64,000 nucleotides of DNA, taken from Schmidtea polychroa. Lineage: Eukaryota. Where the stretch lies: contig CM097886.1 in NCBI GenBank assembly GCA_044892525.1, positions 148,738,001-148,802,000 on the forward strand, given 5' to 3'. Below, piece after piece: positions 37,169-44,851 of the stretch. A program made the translations under genes and the position numbers. The notes beneath the pieces are model-generated. The model saw nothing but the letters and a program-made list of their open reading frames with translations. It had not been told where the DNA came from and searched no databases. The first letter of the stretch is position 1. Each line of letters starts with the position of its first letter.

Positions 37169-39521
37169 GACTTAACTCGATTTCCATTGTTATGATCATC
37201 ATGATTATTAATTATTCACTTTTTTATAATCATTTAATTATGTATTTTGACATGGTAATTTATTATTACTTTTAATTTAAACTCAGATCACACATGAGTC
37301 TTTAAAAATGGGATCCTTCAATGCCCCGGACAAATCTGAGTCCAACGATGTGACACATATAATGTCTGCTAACCTCAGACAGGAATGGATCAGAAACAAA
37401 ATGCAACAATTGAAAACTGATACAAATGCCAACAAAACCGGCTGGACAAATATCAATAAAGATTTCATCAAAAAATTGCATGGCCCAAATGCTATTATTG
37501 AACAATTGAGTTACAGAAAGATAGGTTCCCACCATAATGAAACTGATGGAATTGCACTGAGAACCTGGAAAGTTGTAATTGATATTGAAGGTTCCCCGGG
37601 ATACTTATTTACATATATTAAGGATAAAAGGTTTGTTTTAGTTAAGTTTTTGATTTTAATTTTACTTACCAAATTCCACAACGGAAGAACTGAGAAATTT
37701 TATTTCTTGAGTTCTTAAAAGTTTATTAACCCACTATTTTTAGAAGTATATAGGTAAATTATAGAAAGCGCAAACTAATTTTAAATTATATACATCAGTG
37801 ATTCCCAAACTTTTTTTGTTTGTGGAATCCCAACAGTTAAAAAGGTCAAAAATTAGAATTTTAATTTAATTGACTTTCACAGCAAATTTTTCCAATTCTT
37901 GGTTCAATCGTTGACAAGCAGACTCTCATTTCTTGGTCAATCATCAGCAATCTTTCTCGCTTCTCAAAATCAATTAAATATAAAAGTTTAACTTTATCCA
38001 AAGTGTCTTTACTTTTTGTTAATACTCTTATTTTTAATAAGTTCCTAAAATTTCTGATAATATCTAGTGTCAGAGCTCGAGATCTCGCGGAATATATGCA
38101 GTAATTCTTCAATGTTAGGCTGAAGGCAGAGCCGGCTCAGAGGTCAGGACTTCAGGGATTTTTTCCAAGGCCTCGCGCTTTCATATTTCTAACAATTATT
38201 AGTAGTTAGGGCAAGTTTTTGACACCAAATGGAATGTCAAAAAAGTTTGTACGAAAAAAAATATCATGTTTATGTATGTATATTATTGAATATATTGAAG
38301 CAATAAATATTTCATTAAATTCATTGATAAAATTATGTTCATGTTTCATTTCTCCCTTTTTGAAAGGGGCCCCGCATATAATATTTTCCCGAGGCCCCGC
38401 AAACCCAACAGCCGGCCCTGGCTGAAGGCCATACTAAGTTCCTAGGATTATTTAGTGCGTACCCTAGATTGAATTAGATAGAATTTTTTTACCTAATCCC
38501 ATTGAGTGCAACTTTGATTATTGTACTTTAATTAATTTTTTATGATTTTTGTTATATTTTTGGATTTTATTCCTTTGCACATTCAATTTTCATTTTTTGC
38601 CAATTTAGTCTACCTTACCAGAATAAATTCTAATTATATGGGATGCTAAACCTATTTTGAGTAATTAATTTAAATGACTTCGGAAATTGTTTTTATTTTC
38701 ATTTGGAAAATGATGTTGAAATTATCATTTTATTCCCAATTAGTTAGCCATATTTATACCTAGATTGGATTTACATATATTTCCACGGGGAAATTTTGAC
38801 CTAGGCACTGCCATGTAGACAAATGTGATTTATATGGAACGCATTATTGTGTATATAATTAAATTACTATTTATTATTTCACTTTTAAATGTATAGAAAT
38901 GTATTAAATTGTATTTTAAAAAATTCAAAAAAATTTGTTTTAACATTTACTAATTTGCTCAGGCATTTGTGGGATCCCGATATGGCACAAATGGAACTCA
39001 TCAAAGAGATTAATGAATATATTGAATGTGTCAAATTCATCAGTGACAATCCAGATGGCTCATTTGTACCTAGGCAGTTCAATGTGCTTAGGGGTTATCA
39101 GTTGGGGGTAAACGGATCAGCGCACATGATTTTTTCAGAATCTATGAGTGACGAACTTTTTATAACTGCTAACGATAACTTTGGTTCAGTCAATAAATAT
39201 TCCGACATCTTGATAGGTCACATTTATTGTGATAATTTTCTCATTGAAGCTGTTACAACCAAACTAACGAGAGTCACCTGGATCTCTAGAGTGGATATCG
39301 GAGGTCACCATTCCGATTGGTATTCTAATCATTGGGGACATAACATGATTAGGAGAGCAGCTCATTTGAAGAATTTTGCAAAGGAGAATTTATCTCTCAG
39401 ATTATCTAGTGAATCCAGTATTAATAATTTCTCTGATTCCGCTATCAGTCCTGGAAAAGACAATCCAAGTCCTTCAATAAATCCACAAATCTTTGAATCT
39501 GCTACAGAAACTATTTTATAA
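2866..39521 (+). CDS. STARD13: STARD13/DLC1/crossveinless-c-like RhoGAP (SAM + RhoGAP + START), spliced
   Basis: Predicted coding exons: 2866-2890 (putative start, least certain), 2974-3066, 3150-3231, 3956-4031, 4085-5093, 25582-25795, 32896-33087, 33134-33369, 33607-33732, 33782-33912, 33960-34154, 37287-37630, 38963-39521. All introns are GT-AG with consistent phases. Domain motifs match the DLC family: ACIWLKEAGFPQY (SAM), IFGVNL, GIFRKTG, DILKTFFRDLPD, LPDENR, NLSLCFAPSLF (GAP), HLWDPD, TWISRVDIGG (START). Confidence 0.9.
2974..4031 (+). CDS. STARD13: RhoGAP gene: SAM-domain exons (2974-3066, 3150-3231, 3956-4031)
   Basis: Spliced translation KACIWLKEAGFPQYVQMFNDSEFPISLKLVQEDHMDFDGGSLMALFRRIEILNK resembles the DLC1 SAM domain (EACDWLRAAGFPQYA...FPID...LCRRLNTLNK). 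Confidence 0.85.
4085..5093 (+). CDS. STARD13: RhoGAP gene: large Ser/acidic-rich linker exon
   Basis: 1009-bp open exon (ORF 4067-5101) bounded by CTCAG and GTATTT; contains WSYEPRTRRWS resembling the conserved post-SAM motif; in phase with flanking exons. Confidence 0.85.
6406..7627 (+). mobile_element. Tc1 (DD34E-type) transposon with frameshifted, partly deleted transposase
   Basis: TIRs CCCCGGCCTAC(C/G)AAAAGTCTC (~63 bp near-perfect, weaker to ~100 bp) with TA on both sides. Transposase split over ORFs 6613-6864, 6864-7253 and 7184-7504 (RSGRPK HTH, WSDESRF, SPDLNPIEFLW); the second catalytic Asp region is missing. Confidence 0.92.
8378..9213 (-). pseudogene. Element A integrase (separated from pol by a frameshift near 9230)
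   Basis: ORF 8378-9139: IYMDICGP, LHVDCG, NGVIER, C-terminal GPY motif (RYEGPYTV); the upstream zinc-finger Cys pair (CEAC) is out of frame with pol. Confidence 0.92.
9213..11393 (-). CDS. pol: Element A pol (protease, reverse transcriptase, RNase H, integrase N-terminus)
   Basis: LLDTGA protease, YLDD RT, LDTDAS/TDHKA RNase H, HLLLCHAG integrase His motif. Confidence 0.95.
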   Translation of the reverse strand: MSYDKMQGRPSTTLEIQGYRMECLLDTGARVNVMAEAVVEKLVNVKIIKTDEMLRCANDSKLETIGKIYIDVRIGNMERKITFIIVKNIVPDIIGGVELQKEFGIELNYIKQNEEGYNEFVCEIEARFGEKITDNERCQRAIEILRLNENKRLLEIVKNNKSVFMANNWDIGCTDLIAHKIITKEGPIMIKPRRQPINLEEKINAAIKNLENNDIIRRCNSPWNTPLVCVWKKDKKDIRLCLDFRQLNKITERQAFPMPNVEEILDTLHGSKYFSSIDLGNAYYQVKLDIESQEKTAFSTKGQFCFNRMPFGIAAAPGTFQELMTKILKDLWKEGVMVYLDDILIFTRTIEEHYNVFGKVLEKIREAKLRINPEKCQLLKSEVKFLGHIINSQGIRTDQSKIEAIKSFQRPKCIKNLRSFLGIFNYYRRFIKEYATKSRALESICGSNSEKIIWTEECEKAFEEMKMALTTAPILVFPDFKKEFILDTDASFDTIGAVLSQRDEMGHEHVIAYGSHAMSSHERGYCITRKELLAIYYFCRHFNHYLYGKRFVLRTDHKAITFMLTTKKPITAQFQTWINYLSSLDIKMEFRKGTAHTNADMLSRNTCGKCVQCLMDHDNPKSGRLKTRLLTLMTENNGNEWQRDNAEIQDIKDQINERKNNKYILKGNIIYTNQNKIWIPETKRREMIKETHLLLCHAGVEKVMKYIRNNFDMEDLLNEVRDYFNM
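11768..12808 (-). pseudogene. gag: Element A gag with three CCHC zinc knuckles, one in-frame nonsense codon at 12521-12523
   Basis: ORFs 12521-12844 and 11768-12481 are in the same frame, separated by TGA; knuckles CWTC..H..C, CFAC..H..C, CQRC..H..C. Confidence 0.9.
13157..13396. mobile_element. piggyBac-like MITE (240 bp)
   Basis: 12-bp TIR CCCTTTCAATAC / GTATTGAAAGGG; TTAA on the left, TAAA on the right. Confidence 0.7.
14689..15914 (+). repeat. Pair of 89-bp direct repeats (14689-14777 and 15826-15914)
   Basis: AATGTTTATGGTAGTGTATCGTCG...CTTTCCATTTCGTA occurs twice with 3 mismatches; the second copy is followed by short tandem reiterations of ATCTTTCGCATCTTTCCATTT. Confidence 0.85.
15355..15686. 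mobile_element. hAT-type MITE (332 bp)
   Basis: TIR CAGTGGCGTA(G/C)CAA; perfect 8-bp TSD TTTAAACA. Confidence 0.92.
17314..18865 (+). mobile_element. Ty3/Gypsy LTR element B, internally deleted (partial 5' LTR fused to decayed integrase, complete 328-bp 3' LTR)
   Basis: 5' LTR 17314-~17502 matches 3' LTR 18538-18865 (3 mismatches over ~190 bp). Integrase fragments 17604-18540 are close to element A integrase; PPT AGAAGGGGGA. Left flank is ATACC; right flank reads ATACC once element C is removed. Confidence 0.9.
18995..20176 (-). pseudogene. Element C integrase (frameshifted from pol; C-terminus out of frame)
   Basis: HKKLCHAG...CENC zinc finger, YVDFCGP, NCDRG, NGQIER, RYMGPG. Confidence 0.9.
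20180..22018 (-). CDS. pol: Element C pol (protease, RT, RNase H)
   Basis: LLDTAA (Gly of DTG replaced by Ala), YLDD, LDTDAS, TDHKA; frame breaks at the RH/IN junction. Confidence 0.92.
   Translation of the reverse strand: MDEVFKDPPLTSNEINVLNRDKRNDIIVYDKMQGRPSVTVMINNVKLVCLLDTAAKISVIDYNIFKKLGNLNMTTSNLKLRCANDSPVEICGKTLLNVKVDKISDIKKVEFVVAKDINPKLIGGIDFLERFGMQLQIENRTDEINTIMENSFKNHISEDKIINNLISTFDGIFMKHKWDVGKTELLKHEILTKGSPIVINPRRQPIHLIEKIEENIQEMLKYGIISECTSPWNSPLVCVKKKNSSDIRICLDYRALNNITERPIFPIPNTDELLDILDGAKFFSTIDLGNAYYQVELDDASKLKTAFSTKSKQYYFNRMPFGIAAAPATFQRLMNLVLGELNWNGTIVYLDDILIFSKTLNEHYNTIEKVFQKIKLANLKISPAKCQFKRKEVKFLGHIIGEDGIRTDESKIETIKNFERPKCVKSLRGFLGLANYYRRFIENYTKDSKVLEALCGSKQKKLMWTDECETSFKNLKLKLTSTPVLKFPDFSKPFILDTDASFDRIGAVLSEKDGSKERVIAYGSRAMNKHELGYCITRKELLSIFYFTGHFKHYLYGKKFILRTDHKAITFMMKTKKAITPQFQTWINHLSGLDMEIQYRKGDNHNNVFNVK
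22081..22126. repeat. 18-bp tandem repeat (~2.5 copies) in the element C gag-pol linker
   Basis: ATCATTCAAACTATCACA repeated; would encode LNDCDS on the minus strand. Confidence 0.8.
22161..23177 (-). CDS. gag: Element C gag, intact, two CCHC knuckles
   Basis: Open frame from MATTIANF to IGAIN-stop; CWACHEEGHRRSEC and CAHCKRSGHFKHQC; homologous to element A gag. Confidence 0.92.
   Translation of the reverse strand: MATTIANFIKPPETYDMEDFILETERFFEMTNIVDEYRSKFVKAFLSINSSKKYELTNETLHYTERLRNAFAKNRSLIDDLNEALNYRQGNEAAEEFCSKIEKLAKNIFKHKLDEEELKKFLLFNSLEDKEVKKDLKMQDLKSFDEMKERLKRHDQVSKEINVFHADVASMNKTQRYADAVKKSLPRYSYDNRSIREREANPRFKDEYTREPQHNPKFKGDLTREHPYAISNGWKPMNRSEPYNTREFHSRDHVRTNQILRCWACHEEGHRRSECPNIQCAHCKRSGHFKHQCHEIFPGRRRKFHKSVAAFGDEDPEADFEYPNGNAPPHEEVIGAIN
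25582..25795 (+). CDS. STARD13: RhoGAP gene: isolated linker exon
   Basis: Acceptor TTCCTAG and donor GTTAGT; phase 1 in and phase 2 out, exactly bridging exon ends 5093 and 32896; open frame DSAPTSPILRHK...ERNWTL. No homology evidence. Confidence 0.65.
27250..27688 (-). mobile_element. Possible decayed solo LTR related to element A
   Basis: Begins ATACC|TGTTAGACG, identical to the element A junction; a candidate far end TATCCTCATA|ATGCC needs two substitutions to fit; the interior is unalignable AT-rich sequence. Confidence 0.35.
30406..30441. repeat. (AT)n microsatellite
   Basis: ~18 consecutive AT units. Confidence 0.95.
32896..34154 (+). CDS. STARD13: RhoGAP gene: GAP-domain exons (32896-33087, 33134-33369, 33607-33732, 33782-33912, 33960-34154)
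   Basis: Continuous spliced reading: LLKKFSILSCTSLLEKH..FNWRIPR..IFGVNL..GIFRKTGMKCRI (Arg finger)..DIADILKTFFRDLPDRL..LPDENRVAL..MDAKNLSLCFAPSLF. Confidence 0.93.
34245..34716. mobile_element. hAT-type (Buster-like) MITE (472 bp)
   Basis: Imperfect TIR CAG(AC/GG)CTGTCCAA; perfect 8-bp TSD ATCTAAAC. Confidence 0.9.
36579..36976. mobile_element. hAT-type MITE (398 bp)
   Basis: TIR CAT(G/A)GGCGTCCGCA(G/A)G; degenerate 8-bp flanks ATGTAAAT / ATGAATAT. Confidence 0.8.
37082..37168. repeat. (ATT)29 microsatellite
   Basis: Uninterrupted ATT run; source of the spurious poly-Leu ORF 36984-37175. Confidence 0.97.
37287..39521 (+). CDS. STARD13: RhoGAP gene: START-domain exons (37287-37630, 38963-39521 with stop)
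   Basis: GW..LSYRKI..LRTWKVVIDIEG..RHLWDPD..RQFNVLR..FLIE..TRVTWISRVDIGGHHSDWY..WGH matches the DLC-type START domain; phases agree. Confidence 0.92.
37796..38116 (-). mobile_element. hAT (Buster-like) 3' remnant
   Basis: TIR-like CAGTGATTCCCAAAC at 37796; minus-strand text KRERLLMIDQEMRVCLSTIEPRIGKIC resembles the hAT dimerization-domain C-terminus. Confidence 0.65.
38127..38420. mobile_element. hAT-type MITE (294 bp)
   Basis: TIR CAG(A/G)GCCGGC; perfect 8-bp TSD GCTGAAGG. Confidence 0.92.
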
Positions 39522-40339
39522 TCCAAACTCCCGAACTTGTTGTCATAATAAAGTGAAATTGGTTTGGGAGAAATGAAGGTCATGTTGCGGTTGTTGCACA
39601 AGTTCCCGTAATGAAACGAAAGACTTTAGAGTTTATAAATATATATTTTTATATGAATTATTCTGTAATGCGTAATGGACAATCTTTTGCAATGAGTTGT
39701 TGATAATAATTTTTTATGTATTCTCAATGTATTTCTATCATTTCTGTGACAACCTGCAATATATTTTGTCATTTTTCTTTGCCTACATTACATATCAATT
39801 GATACAGTTTGACAATAAATCTCACATAAATTGTCACTGGCTTCTTCTAATAATATTTGGAAGCAATAAATATCATTAAGTGACTAATTCTTTGTGAATG
39901 ACAGAATATTTCTCGATTATATAACCAGGGGCCCATTATGCATTCCCTATCAAGGGTTTCATTTAAACCTGTATCACAGCATCCAATAGTGGGCAGCTCA
40001 AGTCACTTATCCCAGTTAATCATTTCAATTGGATGATGTAATCTTTCAAATTTTCTGTTTATGAGCTGAACGGTTATTATGTAACAATATGAATTTTATA
40101 ACTGTGTTTAAATAAAACGAGTGTTTATACATAATATCATATGAGACCACCATATCATATATTCATTCACTTATTTAAAAAAAATACAGAGAAATATTGT
40201 GTCAGTAATGAAAAGATATTTTAATAGAAAACACAAAAAGATTTAAGTATGAATAATAGTGGGAAGTTCTAGTGTGGAACAGAGACTGTTAATCTTGAGA
40301 AAAGATAGTAAAAGACAAATTTCAGATCGAAAAAGTATA

Positions 40340-40790
40340 GAGAAAATCCTGCTGAACATTGCTAACACGAAGGCATCAATTTATAAAATGCCGTAACATA
40401 ATATAATAAGAATGTGCAAACCATAGCTTGATGACCAAGGCACATATGAGATCTGCATGTGGCAAATCGGAATTTTGTTTTCTTATCCGTTGTCCGACGA
40501 CTGATCATGCAACGTTTAGATGCAGTAATTTGTACTCCTTGCATTTCAGAATGAATTGACAACTTGTAATCGGACGAGGAGATTTCAAAGAACTCTCATG
40601 AACTTCCATAATGAATTACAAATGCTTCTACTCATACTTTCAAGGCAGTTAAACATTCCGTATAGTCGAAACAATATATCTTCAGTAAACATATTTCCCT
40701 GTAGCTAGCACATCATTAGTAAATGATCTGCTTTACTCGGAAACATCGCCATTTAGCAAATTTGTTAAAACCGTTATCACTGCTTTAAAT
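40340..40790 (-). pseudogene. piggyBac transposase C-terminal (Cys-rich domain) remnant
   Basis: KRCMISRRTTDKKTKFRFATCRSHMCLGHQAMVC resembles a decayed piggyBac CRD; termini not found. Confidence 0.55.
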
Positions 40791-40798
40791 ATTTAATA

Positions 40799-41710
40799 CA
40801 GTTAGACCTCTATAATCAGACAGCCCGTTTTTTAAAAAAACAATCTGGTGGTGAGGTGACAGATTAATGTAAAAGGTAATTTACTCATAAAATCAGAGAT
40901 CTGACGGGGGTTGTAGTGGAATGCCCACCGTTTGTTCACACAGGTTATGATCGAGAAATCAAGAAAGAATAATGTATGTGCTGTATTATTTTTGATGGTT
41001 TCTTAACGCTTAATATCTATTAGGATCGGCAGAAAATTAAATTTTATCAGCAAAAATACATTGACCGACCATCCATTTGTTGCTCAACAATATGTTCAGA
41101 TAAAACCTTAATAGTGTACATAAAAGCGTCACATACATTAAAGGTGCTTAAGAAAAATAAATATTCATGCGTATCTTTGCCTCATGCACACGTCATTCAT
41201 TTGCTCTAGCAAAAAAAGAGTGTGAGTAGCAGAGAAATTGCTTTCATCAAATAAAAGTTGAAGAGTTTCCAATGCAGTTAATACCAGGCAAATGGATATA
41301 GGTAGAGAGGCGATTGGTTCGACATCATCGTAGCCATAATCATTTTGTTCATTGGAGCGAGTGCCATTTTTAGTTTCCGAAACTACTACCAGGATGTCTT
41401 TGGTAGTCAGCTCTGATTCGCAATGGAGATATCTAACTGTATATACACCAAAGAATGGCATTCTAATTTACTGTACTACGTTGAAAGAAATTCCTTCAAT
41501 GTCAGCAATGTCTTCAATGGCTTTGTTGACTACTTGCAATGACCAAAACGGCTTGCTCATAGCAGTGGCCATCTCCAGCAGTACTTTCAAGATACTGCTG
41601 CGGACTTTATTTTTGGGACAAGGAATTGTGTGTGCTAAAAACTCTAGACAAAACAACCCCCTGAATGACATACTCTCACCGGTGCGTCCCGTAAATAACA
41701 TGGTAAATAG
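40799..41710 (-). mobile_element. pogo/Tigger-like remnant
   Basis: TA + CAGTTAGACCTCTATAAT terminus at 40799; decayed ORF pieces (KVRSSILKVLL; ELTTKDIL..DDVEPI..LTALETL) resemble a Tigger transposase C-terminus; the other TIR was not found. Confidence 0.5.
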
Positions 41711-42066
41711 TCATATACTCAATAAATAAAACCCTTTCACTCATAACTTTCACATAACTGTAAATCTCGGCGAAGACTAATATCAATGCACAAATATTCA
41801 TGACGTTGGCTCTAACAGAGGTTGATTATCTTACAATTTGTATTGTTCCACTTTTCGGGTGGGGGAGGGGCTATATGAAGTTAATAGAATAATGCAATGC
41901 AATTCTAATTTGTTAAAGTTATTTTTCGATAAGACCAAGGAACTAAGCTTCGAACGTGAAATGCGATCAATCTCTTTAGTCTTAGAAGAGAGATATGATT
42001 AAAAATTTTAATATATTTAAACCTGTAACTCAGTGAAATTGCAGAAATTATCAATTAACAAATAAT

Positions 42067-42888
42067 TTATTTATTTTTTTTACCTTCAGTCATTTCTTTC
42101 AACAATATTGTAAAACCCGTCATTACGCAAAGCGTTTCAATATTTAAAATGATCAAACTCACAACCTTTATAAAATGATATTTAGCATTCAAAGAGTCAT
42201 TGATGGATGAACTGCAACCTTCGGCATAAGGGAAATTAGTTTTATTAAATTTCGTTATTTCTCCATAACAAGGTCTCGTGTTATAGTAACAGCAAGAATT
42301 TGGAAGAACTTTAGATTTTGTTAGACCATTATAATTAGTCCAATTAGTTTTCCCACAACATTTCACAAGGAGCTGGAGCTTATTTAATTGGGGAGTAGGC
42401 GTAACAATACTGCGATTATAATTGAAAGAAGTCATGGAAAACTGATTGTCAATTTGGCTAGAAACATAATTACTGGCAAATTCTCGTCGATTAATAAGAA
42501 TAGTTACACAGATTTTCAAATGAAAAATCAAAAAAATTAAAATCGCTCGAGCGACCAGTAATTGGCGATAATTGTACTGAATTCCCATCAATCCTGTGCT
42601 GGCGAGAATTGACATTCCTATCCCAATCATTATGTAAATTCGAAATTTAGCAGATGACAAAGGATGCAATTTACCAAAGATTTCCGATTGATCTATATAT
42701 CGTAGGTAGTTTTGCAAATGAATCCCTTTGAAGCCAACAATAACCATCAACACCCCTGTAACCATATAAATCAAATTTATTAGAACTAACACGAACAATG
42801 ACATGTTTCCAATATGGAAACGGGCATGGTTTGCCCCCACATCCGAGTATTTTGATGTCCAAACCAATGAGGATTTCTTTGAAAGCAT
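42067..42888 (-). CDS. Divergent tetraspanin, single exon (273 aa)
   Basis: Four hydrophobic segments; large extracellular loop with CCG, PNSCC and EGC motifs (6 Cys); several N-x-S/T sites; uninterrupted ORF. Confidence 0.9.
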   Translation of the reverse strand: MLSKKSSLVWTSKYSDVGANHARFHIGNMSLFVLVLINLIYMVTGVLMVIVGFKGIHLQNYLRYIDQSEIFGKLHPLSSAKFRIYIMIGIGMSILASTGLMGIQYNYRQLLVARAILIFLIFHLKICVTILINRREFASNYVSSQIDNQFSMTSFNYNRSIVTPTPQLNKLQLLVKCCGKTNWTNYNGLTKSKVLPNSCCYYNTRPCYGEITKFNKTNFPYAEGCSSSINDSLNAKYHFIKVVSLIILNIETLCVMTGFTILLKEMTEGKKNK

Positions 42889-43429
42889 TTAGAAATATTT
42901 ATATTGAAAAAGTCAACAGAAATCGTTGATACCAATTCAAATTAATTTATCAATAATTATAAATGATATTTTGAATTTAATTATTGTTCTAATGTTCATT
43001 TTCATATACCCCTAATCCAGGAATATTATACTGGCAGCTCTTATAATAGTTATTTGCCGCCCCCAAAATATTCCCATTTTTGGTTTTCGCGTGTCAAATG
43101 AGAAATTATTTAGATTTCTCCCACTGTCTAAAATATAAAAATCTTTCAGATTTTTATTGTTGATTTCTTTTCAGTACTGGTCACAATTATATTTCATAAG
43201 GGGTTACAAAAGAGTAAAATGACAAAAATTCTATTTTTGCTAATTGTGAAAATTCTTATGTGATTTATTTACCTTTTTATTTGGTTTTCAAACGGTAAGT
43301 TTATAGTTCTATGAGAGTGATAATAAAAGTCCCTTTCCTTGCTCACGGATCACTTTATATTCCGTATGTCTCACTCGTTTTAAGCCTAACCTGTTATTTG
43401 CATTTATTCTTTTCTTCGAATCAGTTATT

Positions 43430-44034
43430 ATTAATTCCAAAGACGTCCAGGGTATCCTAATTCAATAATGTGACATGAAAATCAATGCAAAATGGTGTTT
43501 GCGATGGCGGTCCTTTATTTGCTCTGTTGACAGTCCTACACATCCGAAATAATTCCCAGACTTCAGCCATTTCGCTGGAACACGCGTAAGGACATTTGTT
43601 CGGTTCTATGCTGAATTCACTAAACATACAGAGATAGTTAAACTTCCTTCGGAGGTCAGTTCCTTGACGATCCCCAGGCGGCGTCTAACAAGCGTTTTGG
43701 AAATTCCATGGACCCGTATTCAGCTTCCATAATTCAGCAGTGTTTGTAATTACCTTGCTACCGTGGCCGAATCCACCATCAACTCGATTCTCTTAACTCC
43801 CCATTGTATTGCCAAGTTGAAACCCTTAAGCACCGCGTCAAGTTCTGCAACATTTATATGAGAGTGGTCATCGGGTTTTCTGAGCCACGAAGCCTCCTCA
43901 ACAACATCATCATTTATTACCAACAGAACCCCTAGGGCGAGACTGTTCGCATCACACCACAGAACCCTATAATCACTATTAGTTACCGTCCACCTTCCCT
44001 TGACCGGGTCGCTTGTTTTAACATGAGTGATCAC
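43430..44034 (-). pseudogene. RNase H / integrase-N fragment of a second, GC-richer LTR retrotransposon lineage
   Basis: WCDANSLALGV..EEASWLRK..HINVAELDAVLKGFNLAIQWG..MVDSATV, followed by decayed LVRRRLGIVKEL; no LTRs found. Confidence 0.75.
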
Positions 44035-44851
44035 TGATGATAAACTCTTTCATTATTAATAATTTCATCATTCGACACTATCACGCAATAGTGTCGCCGT
44101 ATTTTTCTCGCACAGATCTTTAGACAAAAAATACCAAACTAACGAAGTATAAAAAAATCAACACTCACCGTGCCATGTCAGCCATTTTGACAGACAGTGC
44201 TTTGCCGCTCGCACCACAACAATTTTTGGAAATTTTCTCTTCGTACCGTTAGGATTATGAGTACGCATTTTATAACATACTCTGTGTCAAGGTGATTTGT
44301 CTGACAGAGACTTTTTAAAATAAACTTGCCAGGTCAATGTATCTGACAATAACATTTTAAAAAAGGCCTGAGAGTGTTAATTTAAGGAAGCCAGCATATC
44401 AAGCAAAAAATGTAATTATAAATTTGACAAGAAATCCTTATAAAAGAAGAAATAAACAAGGTGGTAACACGATAAATAAACGAAAGTAATTTAGAAAAGA
44501 TAAATTTGTATTTTAACTATAATATTTAAGTCAATACCAAGCTTTAAGTCAAATTGAGTTTTATTAATAGAATTTGAAAGATTAGTAACTATAATATAAT
44601 TTTTTTATGAGCTAATTATATAAGCTTTAAAATTTTTTAAAATTCTTTAGCAAAAAAAATTATTATTTTTAACCAATAAGAAAAAAGAAATAAAAGAGAA
44701 TTTTTATAAATAGAAGCTAAATTCCAGGAAATTGACAATCGAAATTTTTTTCATTTGTATTAAATATATTATTCGCAGCAAAAGGCTTAAATTATCATTT
44801 GATTGTTTTTAGAAACTACACCCAATTCCGAAATTTAATAACCTCTATAAT

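Noticed and set aside
36984-37175. Poly-Leu ORF
   Set aside because: Produced by the (ATT)29 microsatellite.
40340-44380. Idea that one piggyBac element (CRD at 40362, TTAA-flanked end at 44376) captured the tetraspanin
   Set aside because: No matching left terminus was found near 40000-40350, and unrelated TE fragments intervene.
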